A stretch of DNA of 64,000 nt from Candidatus Poribacteria bacterium (GCA_963663765.2 CAXXUA010000004.1:1120001-1184000), one strand, 5' to 3'. Shown: positions 1 through 10,147, counted from the stretch's first letter. Notes: generated from the letters alone by a model not told the origin. Numbers and translations are program-made.

Positions 1-358
1 GTGAATCTACATGTGATTGTGAACGTATCGGTTGGTCTAAAACGGGACCGGGTAAGAATCGAAACTGAGCACCCATCGGGGCAAGCGGTGTCAAAATATC
101 TTTATATACAATAATAGCGTCTACACCAATACGTTTGGGTAGAAGCGAGACTTTCACTACCAACTCTATATCAGAATCCGACATCGGGGCAGGACAGGTT
201 CGGAACAAACGTTCTAATGGAAGGTTACACTTTGCTCTAATCTCGCGGTACTGTGGGTCTGATCTGCCAGCTTGCCGCATCATCCATACAGGTACACGCT
301 CTACTGGTAGACATCTCGCCGCACGAAGAAGTAAATCATTTTTCAATTGTTGTGCCAC
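1..358 (-). CDS. hemE: Uroporphyrinogen decarboxylase, 5' part (runs off the window)
   Basis: Hand translation from GTG at 358: VAQQLKNDLLLRAARCLPVERVPVWMMRQAGRSDPQYREIR...VDAIIVYKDILTPLAPMG. Contains the UROD signature PVWxMRQAGR. Not in the ORF track. Confidence 0.9.
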   Translation of the reverse strand, partial: MAQQLKNDLLLRAARCLPVERVPVWMMRQAGRSDPQYREIRAKCNLPLERLFRTCPAPMSDSDIELVVKVSLLPKRIGVDAIIVYKDILTPLAPMGAQFRFLPGPVLDQPIRSQSHVDS

Positions 359-403
359 TTTAATTAAGAAATTTACGGGATAAAACTACTACACACCCTT
401 GCA

Positions 404-1324
404 TTAACGCTGACGATTCACAAAATATATACCCAATGCTACTAATCCTGTACCTGTTAGAGAACCAAATGAAAGTGTTTCATCTGGGTACAAGTTGCTA
501 AACAATACACCCGATAATTGACTAAATAAAACGCCTGAAACCGGCATTAGGAAAGAAAAAACAACTAATTTACTCGCCTTGTATTTTCTAAGTACCGATG
601 TCAATATCAAAAAACAGAAACCAGTAACTATCCAACCTTGATATAACAGACCCACACTACTCAACAGTGTCCATTCGATCCTTTGTCCACGCTCAAAGAG
701 GAAACTTATGAACAAAAGACATGGAATGCTTATACCTAACAACCAAACAAGCAAGCGATACGGGTAAATATCCTGAACAAATACCTTTGTCAATGTAATA
801 CGGAGACCTAATGAACACGATGAAAGCACGACAATTAGGTCACCCATGAGTGTCATACTACCACCCCGAAGAGTCGGAACAAGGATAACCAAAACGCCTG
901 CAAATGCCGTCAGCATGCCCGTTGTCTTTCCCAGAGTGAGTCGATCCCCCGGTAGCAAGAAATGTCCAAATAGAACAGTAAACAACGGATAAAGTGATAA
1001 TAATATCGTTGAACGAGTAGCACTTGTCAGATTCGTGCCAACGTTCAATGTAATGTAATGTAAGATGTAAAGTACAGCAATTATCAGCAAACGAGGGAAT
1101 TCTTTAACACGCAACCGCATTGAAATCCCATAATAAAATCCAATACCACCCACAACTACTATACCTAATATACAACGTAAAAGCGCCATCCTTATCGGTG
1201 GAAAACCTTGCAAGCCAGTTTTAACCGCAAGCGACCCTCCACCGATAAGGGAAACAACAAAAAGAACGAGGACTATCGTCTTACCAGAAGGATCTTCGTT
1301 CCTGATTTCTTTTTCTATCTTCAT
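404..1324 (-). CDS. DMT/EamA family transporter
   Basis: About 10 hydrophobic helices in two EamA-like halves. Start moved to MKIEKE at 1324 because the longer ORF begins inside a MITE. Confidence 0.85.
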   Translation of the reverse strand: MKIEKEIRNEDPSGKTIVLVLFVVSLIGGGSLAVKTGLQGFPPIRMALLRCILGIVVVGGIGFYYGISMRLRVKEFPRLLIIAVLYILHYITLNVGTNLTSATRSTILLSLYPLFTVLFGHFLLPGDRLTLGKTTGMLTAFAGVLVILVPTLRGGSMTLMGDLIVVLSSCSLGLRITLTKVFVQDIYPYRLLVWLLGISIPCLLFISFLFERGQRIEWTLLSSVGLLYQGWIVTGFCFLILTSVLRKYKASKLVVFSFLMPVSGVLFSQLSGVLFSNLYPDETLSFGSLTGTGLVALGIYFVNRQR

Positions 1325-1341
1325 TGTCTGTGTCTTATTAA

Positions 1342-1503
1342 CAGGACTTACGCACACAACGGTAGGCGGTGAATGCCTAAAGAAGGATGCGCGTATGGCA
1401 TGCTCCATGATTCATACCGTTGATTTGGTGCTTTGTAGGCGGGGAATGCCAAAATGCATTCCCCGCCTACAAAGCACGCCTACCGTTGGGTGCGTAAGTC
1501 CTG
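1342..1503. mobile_element. MITE, CAGGACTTACGCA-TIR family, with REP-like cargo
   Basis: Perfect TIRs CAGGACTTACGCA / TGCGTAAGTCCTG enclose GTAGGCG...GTGCTTTGT hairpins. Confidence 0.8.
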
Positions 1504-1511
1504 ATAATATA

Positions 1512-1856
1512 TTATTGTGATAAACCCCTCTTTTTTCGACGTTCAATAAAATGTCTTAACTTCACAAAACTTTTTACGTTTTTCATAATTCTGCCGCTTT
1601 CCCGCTCCTCAAGATAGAGCAAAAAACCCATAACATATAGACTCACCAGAAACAGCAGAAATCCAATTACACACTGTGCCATTGCCCGATAGTTTAGTAT
1701 CAAACCAAGGTAAGGGGTGACAGTTACATCCTCAATCGTCACAGCATCTGGATTCTGCTCTGGCCAATCTATTGAAACAAATTCACCCCAACCTGTTATG
1801 CCAAGCGACAAAAATACTATTGATAACGCAAATACTAAAAAAAACGGGATACCCAT
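1512..1856 (-). CDS. Hypothetical membrane protein (2 TM)
   Basis: 114-aa ORF with two hydrophobic segments, 13 bp downstream of the dehydrogenase gene. Confidence 0.6.
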   Translation of the reverse strand: MGIPFFLVFALSIVFLSLGITGWGEFVSIDWPEQNPDAVTIEDVTVTPYLGLILNYRAMAQCVIGFLLFLVSLYVMGFLLYLEERESGRIMKNVKSFVKLRHFIERRKKRGLSQ

Positions 1857-1869
1857 GATAGAATCTGAC

Positions 1870-2940
1870 TTATGAAGAGACCTTTATCAAACCTTTAGTG
1901 CAGCTATCTTCACGATTTCGCACCTTTGTAATGCCATCAACAAGCGATTCAAGTGGAAATTCGTGACTGATAATTTTGTCCATGTTTACATCACCACTGG
2001 AAATGAGGTCAACCGCCTCTTCCCATGTATTCGGTGCTAACCATGAGAACCTGATAGTCTTGTCCATAAGAATAGTATCAAGGATGGGAACTTGCATCAC
2101 ATCTTTGTCACCAGGAAGTCCAAAGATAACAACAGTAGCATGCCGACCCGTAACTTCCAATGCAGTGTGAATCGCTTCAAGCGAACTTGTAGCAGTAATG
2201 GCACGGTCAGCTAATTCTCCATCGTTCAACTCCTGAATAGTCGCACCAAGGTCTTCAACGTAGTGTGGTGAATCTGTATCACTGACGTTGACAACCACAT
2301 CAGCACCAAGTTCTTTCCCACAATCCAAACGATAATCACGCGTGCCAACTAACAGTACGTTCTTCAAACCGCGACTTTTCAAAACCTGTACCATCATCAA
2401 ACCGATTGGTCCAGGTCCGAAGACAACAGCTGTTTGTCCCTCTTCCGCGTTGAGATTGTTAACAGCATACAATCCACATGCAAGCGGTTCCGTAAGCGCG
2501 CCTTGGTCATACGTAACATTTTCGGGTAATTTGACTGCCCAACGGTAATCAGAGACAGCGTATTCCGCGAATCCACCATCTACACTAACACCTAAAATAC
2601 GTTTTTCTGGACAAAGGTTGGACAACCCTTTTTGACTCCAGAAAGAATTCGGATTGGATTGAACAGGATTGACGACAACTCTATCGCCAACCTTAAACCC
2701 ACCTGATTTTCTGGCTTCTCCTCCAACCTCAACGACCTCACCAGTAAATTCGTGCCCGAGGACAAGTGGTCCCTTCCCATCATCCGTTTCCAGTGAACTA
2801 TTGCCGTAATAGTATGCAACATCCGAACCACAGATACCCACTGACCGCACCTGAACTAACAGATCATTGTCACCAGCCGAAGGCACGGGTCGATCTTCAA
2901 GAGTCATTGATTCCGGTTCATAGAAAATTTGAGATTTCAT
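1870..2940 (-). CDS. Zinc-dependent medium-chain dehydrogenase (sorbitol/threonine dehydrogenase-like)
   Basis: GICGSD and GHE catalytic-zinc motifs, GALTEPLAC, Rossmann GPGPIG; AGGAGG RBS before MKSQ. Confidence 0.9.
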   Translation of the reverse strand: MKSQIFYEPESMTLEDRPVPSAGDNDLLVQVRSVGICGSDVAYYYGNSSLETDDGKGPLVLGHEFTGEVVEVGGEARKSGGFKVGDRVVVNPVQSNPNSFWSQKGLSNLCPEKRILGVSVDGGFAEYAVSDYRWAVKLPENVTYDQGALTEPLACGLYAVNNLNAEEGQTAVVFGPGPIGLMMVQVLKSRGLKNVLLVGTRDYRLDCGKELGADVVVNVSDTDSPHYVEDLGATIQELNDGELADRAITATSSLEAIHTALEVTGRHATVVIFGLPGDKDVMQVPILDTILMDKTIRFSWLAPNTWEEAVDLISSGDVNMDKIISHEFPLESLVDGITKVRNREDSCTKGLIKVSS

Positions 2941-3018
2941 TATATACCTCCTTAACAAAATGAATACTGGTTAGTTTATCATACCAACGTTTAATTTACA
3001 ATGGAATTTGTGTTCTGG

Positions 3019-3171
3019 AAAGGATATTCAGTTTCCTAATTTTTGGATTATTCAAAAAAGAAACCCCCGGTAGGAGCGACCCGGGGAATGCTATTTAGCA
3101 TTCATACCGTTGATTTGCCGGTCGCGATTTTCACAGAAAACGACTAAAATGCCAAAAACTAAATAACCCTG
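3019..3171. mobile_element. MITE, CAGGGTTATT-TIR family (degenerate left end), with REP-A cargo
   Basis: Right end AACTAAATAACCCTG; 9-bp TSD GTGTTCTGG on both sides. Confidence 0.8.
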
Positions 3172-3394
3172 GTGTTCTGGGGTGTGTAAAGTTATTTGCA
3201 CGGTGTTGCCAGAAACTTTGCACACTCAATATGGTTGAGAACTGCTATCGACTTTGCTAAACTTTAGACACGTTTATCGCTAACAGCATCATTTCTCAAA
3301 GAGAATGGTAGCGATTCCAACTCAACCCACTCATCAACGATGGTTGCGAAGCTAATAAACATCAGCATTCCAGCTATCCTATGGTCATTTGATA

Positions 3395-6300
3395 CTATTT
3401 TAGAATCAACATCTTCCGCGTTGCAGTAAAGTTCCCAGTGTCTAATGTATAGAAATAGATACCGCTTGCAACCGACTCACCTACAGTGTTTTTACCATCC
3501 CAATGCGCTGCACGGCTACGACTCTGATAGATACCTGCAGCTTGATGTCCTAATGTCAATGTCCGAACAACTGTACCATTCGCAGCATAGATCGTCAAAG
3601 TGACCTTTGCAGGTTTCGCAAGGTGATACGGTATCCACGTCTCTGGGTTGAACGGATTCGGATAGTTCGCAAGGAGTGCTGTCTTTGCAGGAAGCAATGA
3701 TGCTAATAGTTTTTGAAGATTAGCAATACCATGTTGGAATGCTAAGGATCCGTCATTTTCAAGTTGTGCTTGGTCTATCCATGCTTGTATCAATTCAGGT
3801 GTTAATTCACTAATACTTACTACTAATATATTAGGTGCGGCAGCATCAGTATTTGCCGATGGGTCTGTTGTCTCCCCAAAGTGGCTTGCTACAATAATCA
3901 GGTCTTGAATATTGATCTCACCATCACGGTTTACATCTGTTCTTAGGTTTGCTGACTCACCTGAACCAAAATCTCTTGCTACGAGAACCAGATCCGCGAT
4001 ACTTATACGTCCATCTTGATTCACATCCCACGCGGGATATTCTCCTACAGTGATTGTAATATTTGGAGGAACAGTTGGGATGATTTCGCCACTAATAGAA
4101 CTAAACTCAGAATTTTCCAGTGTCACTTGTGTTTCACCACCTGCTTTTGCCTTGAATGTCACCGAAAGCAGTGTACCTGTGCCACTAACACCACTTTCAG
4201 CAATCCGCGCCGAATACAGATTTGTGATTAAACCCTCTGTGTTATCTATCGTGCCAGGTTGGAAGAAGGTTTCTCTACCTTCTGATTTCAAGAAATCCCC
4301 TTCGGTCACTTCAACTGCTTCAAGGATATTCGGATCAAACGATATGCCCCCTTGCCATCCTGCTAAGTCTGTAACCATTTCTGCGTTAAGGTTTAACGTG
4401 AAAGTATCACCAACGAGAAGGTTATCTGTCTCGGTTGCAGAAAATGTGAACCCGACACCTGGGGGTATCACTGTATACTCTGTCCCTTCTTCAAATCCAA
4501 AATAACCTTCAAATCGGTCTGGATATATGTAATTGTCAATTGCCACTAATAAAATATTAGATCCTTGCTGCAAGGTGACAGGTAAATAATATTCATAATC
4601 ATGTATATCACTTCCATTGTAACTTAGATCTTCTCGGATCAACCTCCCATTTAACCATATTTTGTAATTCCCCTCAGCCCCTACAAACATATTTGTGTTT
4701 TGTTCCTGTGGTGAATATATTACTATAGAACCGTAGACAACAGTATAGCGAACTGCGGGTTTGTCAATAGCATTTAGCATTTCTGTAATATTACCTCTAT
4801 TCGTGGTAGAGATACTATGAGTTATCCATTGGTTAGTCCCGACTGCTTCACCTTCCGTTGCACCATTGGTAGCGATCTCAGTTTCCGTTACGGAACCGCC
4901 AGTCATTTCTGCCAACAAATCTACATTGCTGTCAAGCCGTTTTCTTTGGATTGACAGCCATAACCAGGGACCTTCAATTTTCGGTCCTCCTACCGAAGCA
5001 CCAGGATTATTTAACCAATCTATATGTGTATGCTCACGTAACCCGTTTAAAGGAGATATGTCAGAAATAAGATTATCGCGTAGGATTAATATTTCCAAGT
5101 TGATTAGTCCAACAAGGTGTGATACGTCTAAGATCGTATTTCGGTGAAGTCTAAGTTGAGTCAAACTTGTTAATCCTGCTAACGGCGATACATCGGATAT
5201 CAACCTATTGTCGTATAGATTTAGATACTTTAACTTGGTTAATCCAGCGAGTGGTTTTAGATCAGATATTGAATCGTGGTGGAAGTCCAGACGTTCCAAG
5301 TTGATTAGTCCTGAAACAGGGGAGGCATCAGATATTTCTCTATTGCCACCGACTTCCAAATGTGTCAATCCTGTTAACCCTGCCAGCGGTGAAATGTCTT
5401 GTATGCCGCAGGCGTAAAACGTCAGTTTGTTTAAACTAGTTATCCCTGCCAGGGGTGTCAAATCCAAACTCCCAATTAACTTTCTGTTTGCATCTGTTGG
5501 GGTGTGTCCAAAGTCTAACCATCTCAGTTTTGTCAATCCTGCAAGTGGAGATAAATTGGATATAGGCGTTTCCCAAACACCTAAACCTACAAGATTTGTC
5601 AATTCTGAAAGTGGCGAAATGTCAGAAACAGGATTTTTTGAAATCCACAGCTCTTCCAAATTTATTGCGTACTCAATTCCTGTTAAATCTTTAATGTCCC
5701 TGTTACTTGCCCTTAGGATTGTTAATGTTTCTATTTCTTGCTTTGTAATTGGTACAAGGACATCCGTAGCAACCTTGCCAAGAGTCTCTGCAATTACCGC
5801 GCGAAGGTTCGGGTCGGGTATACCTACTTCTCCAAAAATTATATTTGTACTTTTGGATAGTTCCGCTAAAGGTGAAAAATCAGTTATAGGATTGTTAGTG
5901 AGTTTTAACCATTTAAGATTGGTTAAGTCTGCTAATAGTGATACATCTGAAATGTTATTTCGTTCAAGATTTAACCGTTCCAAACCTATTAGATTCTTTA
6001 AAAATGAGATATCTGAAATCTCACTATTGATAATATACATTTCTTTCAAACTTGTTAATTTTTCCAAAGGTGTTAGATCCGATTTCCCACCTCCCAAAAT
6101 TTCTAATTTTGTTAATTTTGGTAAGTTTGTTAGAGGGGATAAATCAGGAACTGGAGCACCGGAACTCCAGTAGTTAAAACTTTCTAAGTTACTCAATTCT
6201 GATATAGGAGACAAGTCGCCAGACTCCTCATAACTCATCCTTAGCCAGTTAAGATTCTTCATACCGATAAGGGGTTGGATGCTTGAAATCGGATTATCAT

Positions 6301-8353
6301 AAACAGACAGTCCACGTAAGTTCGTTAATCCACCAAGTGGTGAGAGGTCCGTTATCTCATTCCCATATATACCAAGCACCCCTAAATTTGTTAATCCCGC
6401 AAGTGCTGATATATCTGTTATCTCATTATCTGCCAACCATAACCCATCCATCTGTGTTAATCCCGCAACTGGAGAAATATCGGTAATCATATTTTTTCGA
6501 ATGTGCAAACTTCGCAAATTAATTGCATATTCAAGTCCTATAATATCGCTAATACCCATTTCTTCTGCATTAAGGTCAATAAGCGTAGCCATATCCTCCA
6601 CAGTAATCACATCATCCACTGCTTTGCCAAGTGCTTCCTCAATTGCTGCACGAAGGTTCGGATCGGGAATATTAACGGGAGCACCGGGTATAGGTTCTGG
6701 TATCGGTTCAATACTCTCAATCATATTCAACTCAGCAAGCACTGTGTCAAAGTTAGAAGTCCATGCATCACGTTTCACAGTTCCACCATCTACGACCAGC
6801 ACACCTAATAAATTCTGTAAGGTCGTATTCTTACTAATTATTTCAAGGAACGCGTCCGTTTCTAACCCAACCGTAGCAGCGGCTTGTGATGCACTGAGCG
6901 GACCCTGAAACACTTCATGGAATCGCTGGACTGGCTCAATACCACCGAACACACCACCTGCTGCTTCAAGTGCTGTCCTGTAACGTTGCGTATCTTCGTC
7001 AAGGAGGTTATCCATCACCGTTTTTTCCACATAGAGGTTTAATACACGTTCTTTGTTAAATGGCGGGTTCTCAACTTGTTCAACAACAGCCCGCACTTCG
7101 TCCTCGAATGTCTTCATGCCTTCCGTGTGGCACCCGATGCACGAAAGACCGTTCCGCACTGCGGGATCATTTGCAGCAGGATCTGAAACAATCTCTGTCG
7201 GTGCAACATCAAGCCGGGTACCGACACCATCTATAAGAAAATATGCCTGCAACCCATTTGGTAGGTTAAAGATAATTTCACCACCATCATGTGTGAAATC
7301 AAGCGGATGTGTAAAGATATTCTGTGAATCCGCACTTCCAGCAAAGTCGTAACTTTTCCAGTATGCACCATGCTGAGAGATGTGACGTTCAACGATGCGG
7401 TTATGTCTTGAAACACCTGAATCGTTGAAACCTGCGCGCCAAACGCGTTTTCCTGGGGCATTCTGCAGGTTTTCAATAACTGAGACGTTAAGAGCTGTCT
7501 CTAATTCACGGTCTGTTCCGGGAAGATCGAGAATATCGTTGTAGAGAGGTGGCAATGAAGCTGTCGCCAGAAACCAATCCACCTGCACAAACGGTACTTC
7601 ACAGTTCATATTTTGCTGTAACGTTGTAAGTTTCTCTTGTAGGTGTGTCTGTGTTGGCACGTCGAATGTCATTTGATAAGGATATGCTTGCTCAATCCGA
7701 GTCCATGCTTCGTTTCTGATATCCCATTCATAATCGCGTAGATCAATGTAGTAAACGGTTTCTGTTGCGTCAATAGGTTGCGGTTTAACAACATTGCGTC
7801 CCCAAGAGAGGCTGTTTATCAGCTTTGAGAGTGCGCGCCGATATGCGTTGAGTGCTTCAGTCGTTTCACCAGCATTATAGAGATGCGTCAACATAAAATA
7901 GCGTGCAAACGATCTGTCATGTTGGGAAAGAGAATTAACGTGGTTTTCAATCGTCTCAAGTATTGTATCCGTGGTAATGAAATAGGGTTTAGGTCTTGGT
8001 GCAGCGTTCCAATCGGGTGCACCTGCGGCAATCCATTGACGTATCGTCTCAATCGCTTCGGGGGCAAGCGGCGGTTGACTGAGTGGCATCCGTTTGGCAA
8101 TGTTCGTTTCGATGAGCCGTTGATAGAACACGGAATCACTTGGGTTTCCAGGGATGACTGTGCCACCTTCAATAAGTTCTTTGTATTCAATGATGAGTGA
8201 TTCCCGGTAGGATCCGTTTTCACCGTGGCATATTAGGCATGACTGCTCAAAAATTGCATAAGCCTCCTGAGCTAAATTCTGCTGTGCATTGACGTTTGCT
8301 ATAACAATGAAAAACAATAGAATACTGAGTATTTTAATCCTTTGAATATGCAT
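3395..8353 (-). CDS. Secreted multidomain protein: planctomycete-type cytochrome c region, internalin-like LRRs, cohesin, dockerin/EF-hand, and FlgD-Ig/T9SS-type C-terminal domain
   Basis: Signal peptide; two CxxCH motifs (CLICH, CIGCH); two IPDPNLRA caps each followed by 22-aa LRRs; cohesin-like region (FDPNILEAVEVTEGDFL...GTLLSVTFKAK); DVNQDGRISIADL / DVNRDGEINIQDL; C-terminus NYPNPFNPETWIPY...SGIYFYTL...RKMLILK. Confidence 0.85.
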   Translation of the reverse strand: MHIQRIKILSILLFFIVIANVNAQQNLAQEAYAIFEQSCLICHGENGSYRESLIIEYKELIEGGTVIPGNPSDSVFYQRLIETNIAKRMPLSQPPLAPEAIETIRQWIAAGAPDWNAAPRPKPYFITTDTILETIENHVNSLSQHDRSFARYFMLTHLYNAGETTEALNAYRRALSKLINSLSWGRNVVKPQPIDATETVYYIDLRDYEWDIRNEAWTRIEQAYPYQMTFDVPTQTHLQEKLTTLQQNMNCEVPFVQVDWFLATASLPPLYNDILDLPGTDRELETALNVSVIENLQNAPGKRVWRAGFNDSGVSRHNRIVERHISQHGAYWKSYDFAGSADSQNIFTHPLDFTHDGGEIIFNLPNGLQAYFLIDGVGTRLDVAPTEIVSDPAANDPAVRNGLSCIGCHTEGMKTFEDEVRAVVEQVENPPFNKERVLNLYVEKTVMDNLLDEDTQRYRTALEAAGGVFGGIEPVQRFHEVFQGPLSASQAAATVGLETDAFLEIISKNTTLQNLLGVLVVDGGTVKRDAWTSNFDTVLAELNMIESIEPIPEPIPGAPVNIPDPNLRAAIEEALGKAVDDVITVEDMATLIDLNAEEMGISDIIGLEYAINLRSLHIRKNMITDISPVAGLTQMDGLWLADNEITDISALAGLTNLGVLGIYGNEITDLSPLGGLTNLRGLSVYDNPISSIQPLIGMKNLNWLRMSYEESGDLSPISELSNLESFNYWSSGAPVPDLSPLTNLPKLTKLEILGGGKSDLTPLEKLTSLKEMYIINSEISDISFLKNLIGLERLNLERNNISDVSLLADLTNLKWLKLTNNPITDFSPLAELSKSTNIIFGEVGIPDPNLRAVIAETLGKVATDVLVPITKQEIETLTILRASNRDIKDLTGIEYAINLEELWISKNPVSDISPLSELTNLVGLGVWETPISNLSPLAGLTKLRWLDFGHTPTDANRKLIGSLDLTPLAGITSLNKLTFYACGIQDISPLAGLTGLTHLEVGGNREISDASPVSGLINLERLDFHHDSISDLKPLAGLTKLKYLNLYDNRLISDVSPLAGLTSLTQLRLHRNTILDVSHLVGLINLEILILRDNLISDISPLNGLREHTHIDWLNNPGASVGGPKIEGPWLWLSIQRKRLDSNVDLLAEMTGGSVTETEIATNGATEGEAVGTNQWITHSISTTNRGNITEMLNAIDKPAVRYTVVYGSIVIYSPQEQNTNMFVGAEGNYKIWLNGRLIREDLSYNGSDIHDYEYYLPVTLQQGSNILLVAIDNYIYPDRFEGYFGFEEGTEYTVIPPGVGFTFSATETDNLLVGDTFTLNLNAEMVTDLAGWQGGISFDPNILEAVEVTEGDFLKSEGRETFFQPGTIDNTEGLITNLYSARIAESGVSGTGTLLSVTFKAKAGGETQVTLENSEFSSISGEIIPTVPPNITITVGEYPAWDVNQDGRISIADLVLVARDFGSGESANLRTDVNRDGEINIQDLIIVASHFGETTDPSANTDAAAPNILVVSISELTPELIQAWIDQAQLENDGSLAFQHGIANLQKLLASLLPAKTALLANYPNPFNPETWIPYHLAKPAKVTLTIYAANGTVVRTLTLGHQAAGIYQSRSRAAHWDGKNTVGESVASGIYFYTLDTGNFTATRKMLILK

Positions 8354-8461
8354 CACTATATTTCGCCTTCCCACTGAAAATTATAGATTTTATTCTGTCT
8401 TTTTTTAATACCTATAGAATATCTCATTGATATGTACTTGTCAAGTAACCAATCAACAAGG

Positions 8462-9076
8462 CAGGGTTATTTAGTTTTAGGTTTTTTTGATGAGTATTTG
8501 CTATAACGTTAATTTTATGTGTTGCCATCTTGTCCATGTCTTTAGTCCCGTAGGGACGATATGTTTATAGAAAAATGTTATCTACTTCTCTTGAGTTCCG
8601 TAGGAACGGCATATAAGAATAAACATATCGTCCCTACGGGACTAAAGAACTGGGAAGGTCACTCGTTTTCTATAAACATATCGTCCCTATGGGACTAAAT
8701 GGTTCTTTCGGCAATTAATTTTAGCATAAAATAAAAGTCTATTGCTGAAGAATCCAGTAGTCATCCGTTTAAGTAGGAGATCATCAATGGAAACATATTA
8801 TAAATACATAGCAAGAAAACCACTAAAGACCGATGTTCAGGTTTCAATAATCTAAAATTGATGTATAAGGTGCAGTTAGGAAACTGCATTTGGGTATTAA
8901 CTTTCAGTAAATCTCAATAACAGAAAACTTTTAAAACTGACAGGACTTACGCAGTTTTCATGATCCAATTAAGAATTAAGACGAAAACGATGTAATTTTC
9001 AGCATTTTTTAGGTTTCCGGCGCGCTTACAAAGCACGCCTACCGTTGGGTGCGTAAGTCCTGACTGAATAACCCTG
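8462..9076. mobile_element. MITE, CAGGGTTATT-TIR family, with REP-B cargo and a nested CAGGACTTACGCA MITE (8941-9062)
   Basis: 9-bp TSD TCAACAAGG. The nested element sits in the right TIR with 5-bp TSD ACTGA. Confidence 0.85.
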
Positions 9077-9295
9077 TCAACAAGGGGGTATGTAATTATC
9101 CTTACATTTGTCTGAACTAGGATTTTCAGGATTAGTAGATTTCCAGGATTACCCCATCAATGTTTATTGCTGAAGATTGGCTCAATGCACATCAGAAATC
9201 CTTGAAAAGAAAAATCCTGAAAATCTACTAATCTTGAATATCTTGGTTCTGACACATACTGAAACTTTACACACCTTTTATTTGACCAATCCGAT

Positions 9296-10147
9296 TCAAA
9301 AAATAGATTGTAGAGACAAAAACAGATACCGACTACAAAATTCACCCAGAAAAACCGTTATGATCGCAATGAATAGAAAACCTGTTGCCGCACGCGTAGC
9401 ACCGACTTCATCCTTCGCAACTGATTTTGGACGCAAACAGTCCCATGATATAAAATACACAAGCAGTGTAGCCGCAAACCCAATTCCTATTCGCATCCAA
9501 ATTAAGAGTTCAGAATGAAAGCTAAACGGTTCAGTATATTGGGTTTGCATCCTGAATATCATACCCATACAAAAAAGTATGATCATTCCGACCAGCGAAC
9601 ATAGTAGTAATGTGTTATACCTTCTCAGATAATGCACAGGTAATTCAGGCGTAACAAGGTACCAGTGACCAAACCACATGCCTGATTGAACTGCTCCCAA
9701 TAAGATCGCAGACATAAGAAACTGTAAAGGTAATAGGTATTGTGCGCCCGGGAATTGGACATCTGGTAAATAAGACAAAGCACTGAAAACGACCCCAACA
9801 ACCCCACTCACGACTGCAAAATAGAAAAATATCTGTGTAAATACCGGGGTTTTAAACCACAAACTTAGTGTATAAGCGATGACAGCATTTACAAAACTCA
9901 AAACGAAAACAGATTCATAGTTCGGTGCGGATCCAAAAAAATTCAAGAATGTAATAGGTTGTTCATGCAGGTACAGATTAGCACAACGGGCTAAGCTACC
10001 CACAAGCAGATAGATACCTCCCATCAACCGATAAAAGTTCGCACCAACCAAACCTTTCGGAATGAGGACCAAAACCGCTAACCCACCTACAGCAAGTTGA
10101 CTGAAAACAAGGTAAAAAATTTCTACGAGAATGAAATCTTCAAACAT
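9296..10147 (-). CDS. Polytopic membrane protein of unknown function (GHWYL motif)
   Basis: 283 aa, about 8 TM helices, GMWFGHWYLV segment. Confidence 0.7.
   Translation of the reverse strand: MFEDFILVEIFYLVFSQLAVGGLAVLVLIPKGLVGANFYRLMGGIYLLVGSLARCANLYLHEQPITFLNFFGSAPNYESVFVLSFVNAVIAYTLSLWFKTPVFTQIFFYFAVVSGVVGVVFSALSYLPDVQFPGAQYLLPLQFLMSAILLGAVQSGMWFGHWYLVTPELPVHYLRRYNTLLLCSLVGMIILFCMGMIFRMQTQYTEPFSFHSELLIWMRIGIGFAATLLVYFISWDCLRPKSVAKDEVGATRAATGFLFIAIITVFLGEFCSRYLFLSLQSIF

Noticed and set aside
4016-8223. Many antisense or alternative-frame ORFs inside the LRR gene (and likewise inside the WD40, ribosomal and SprA-like genes)
   Set aside because: Shadow ORFs of long or repetitive coding sequences.
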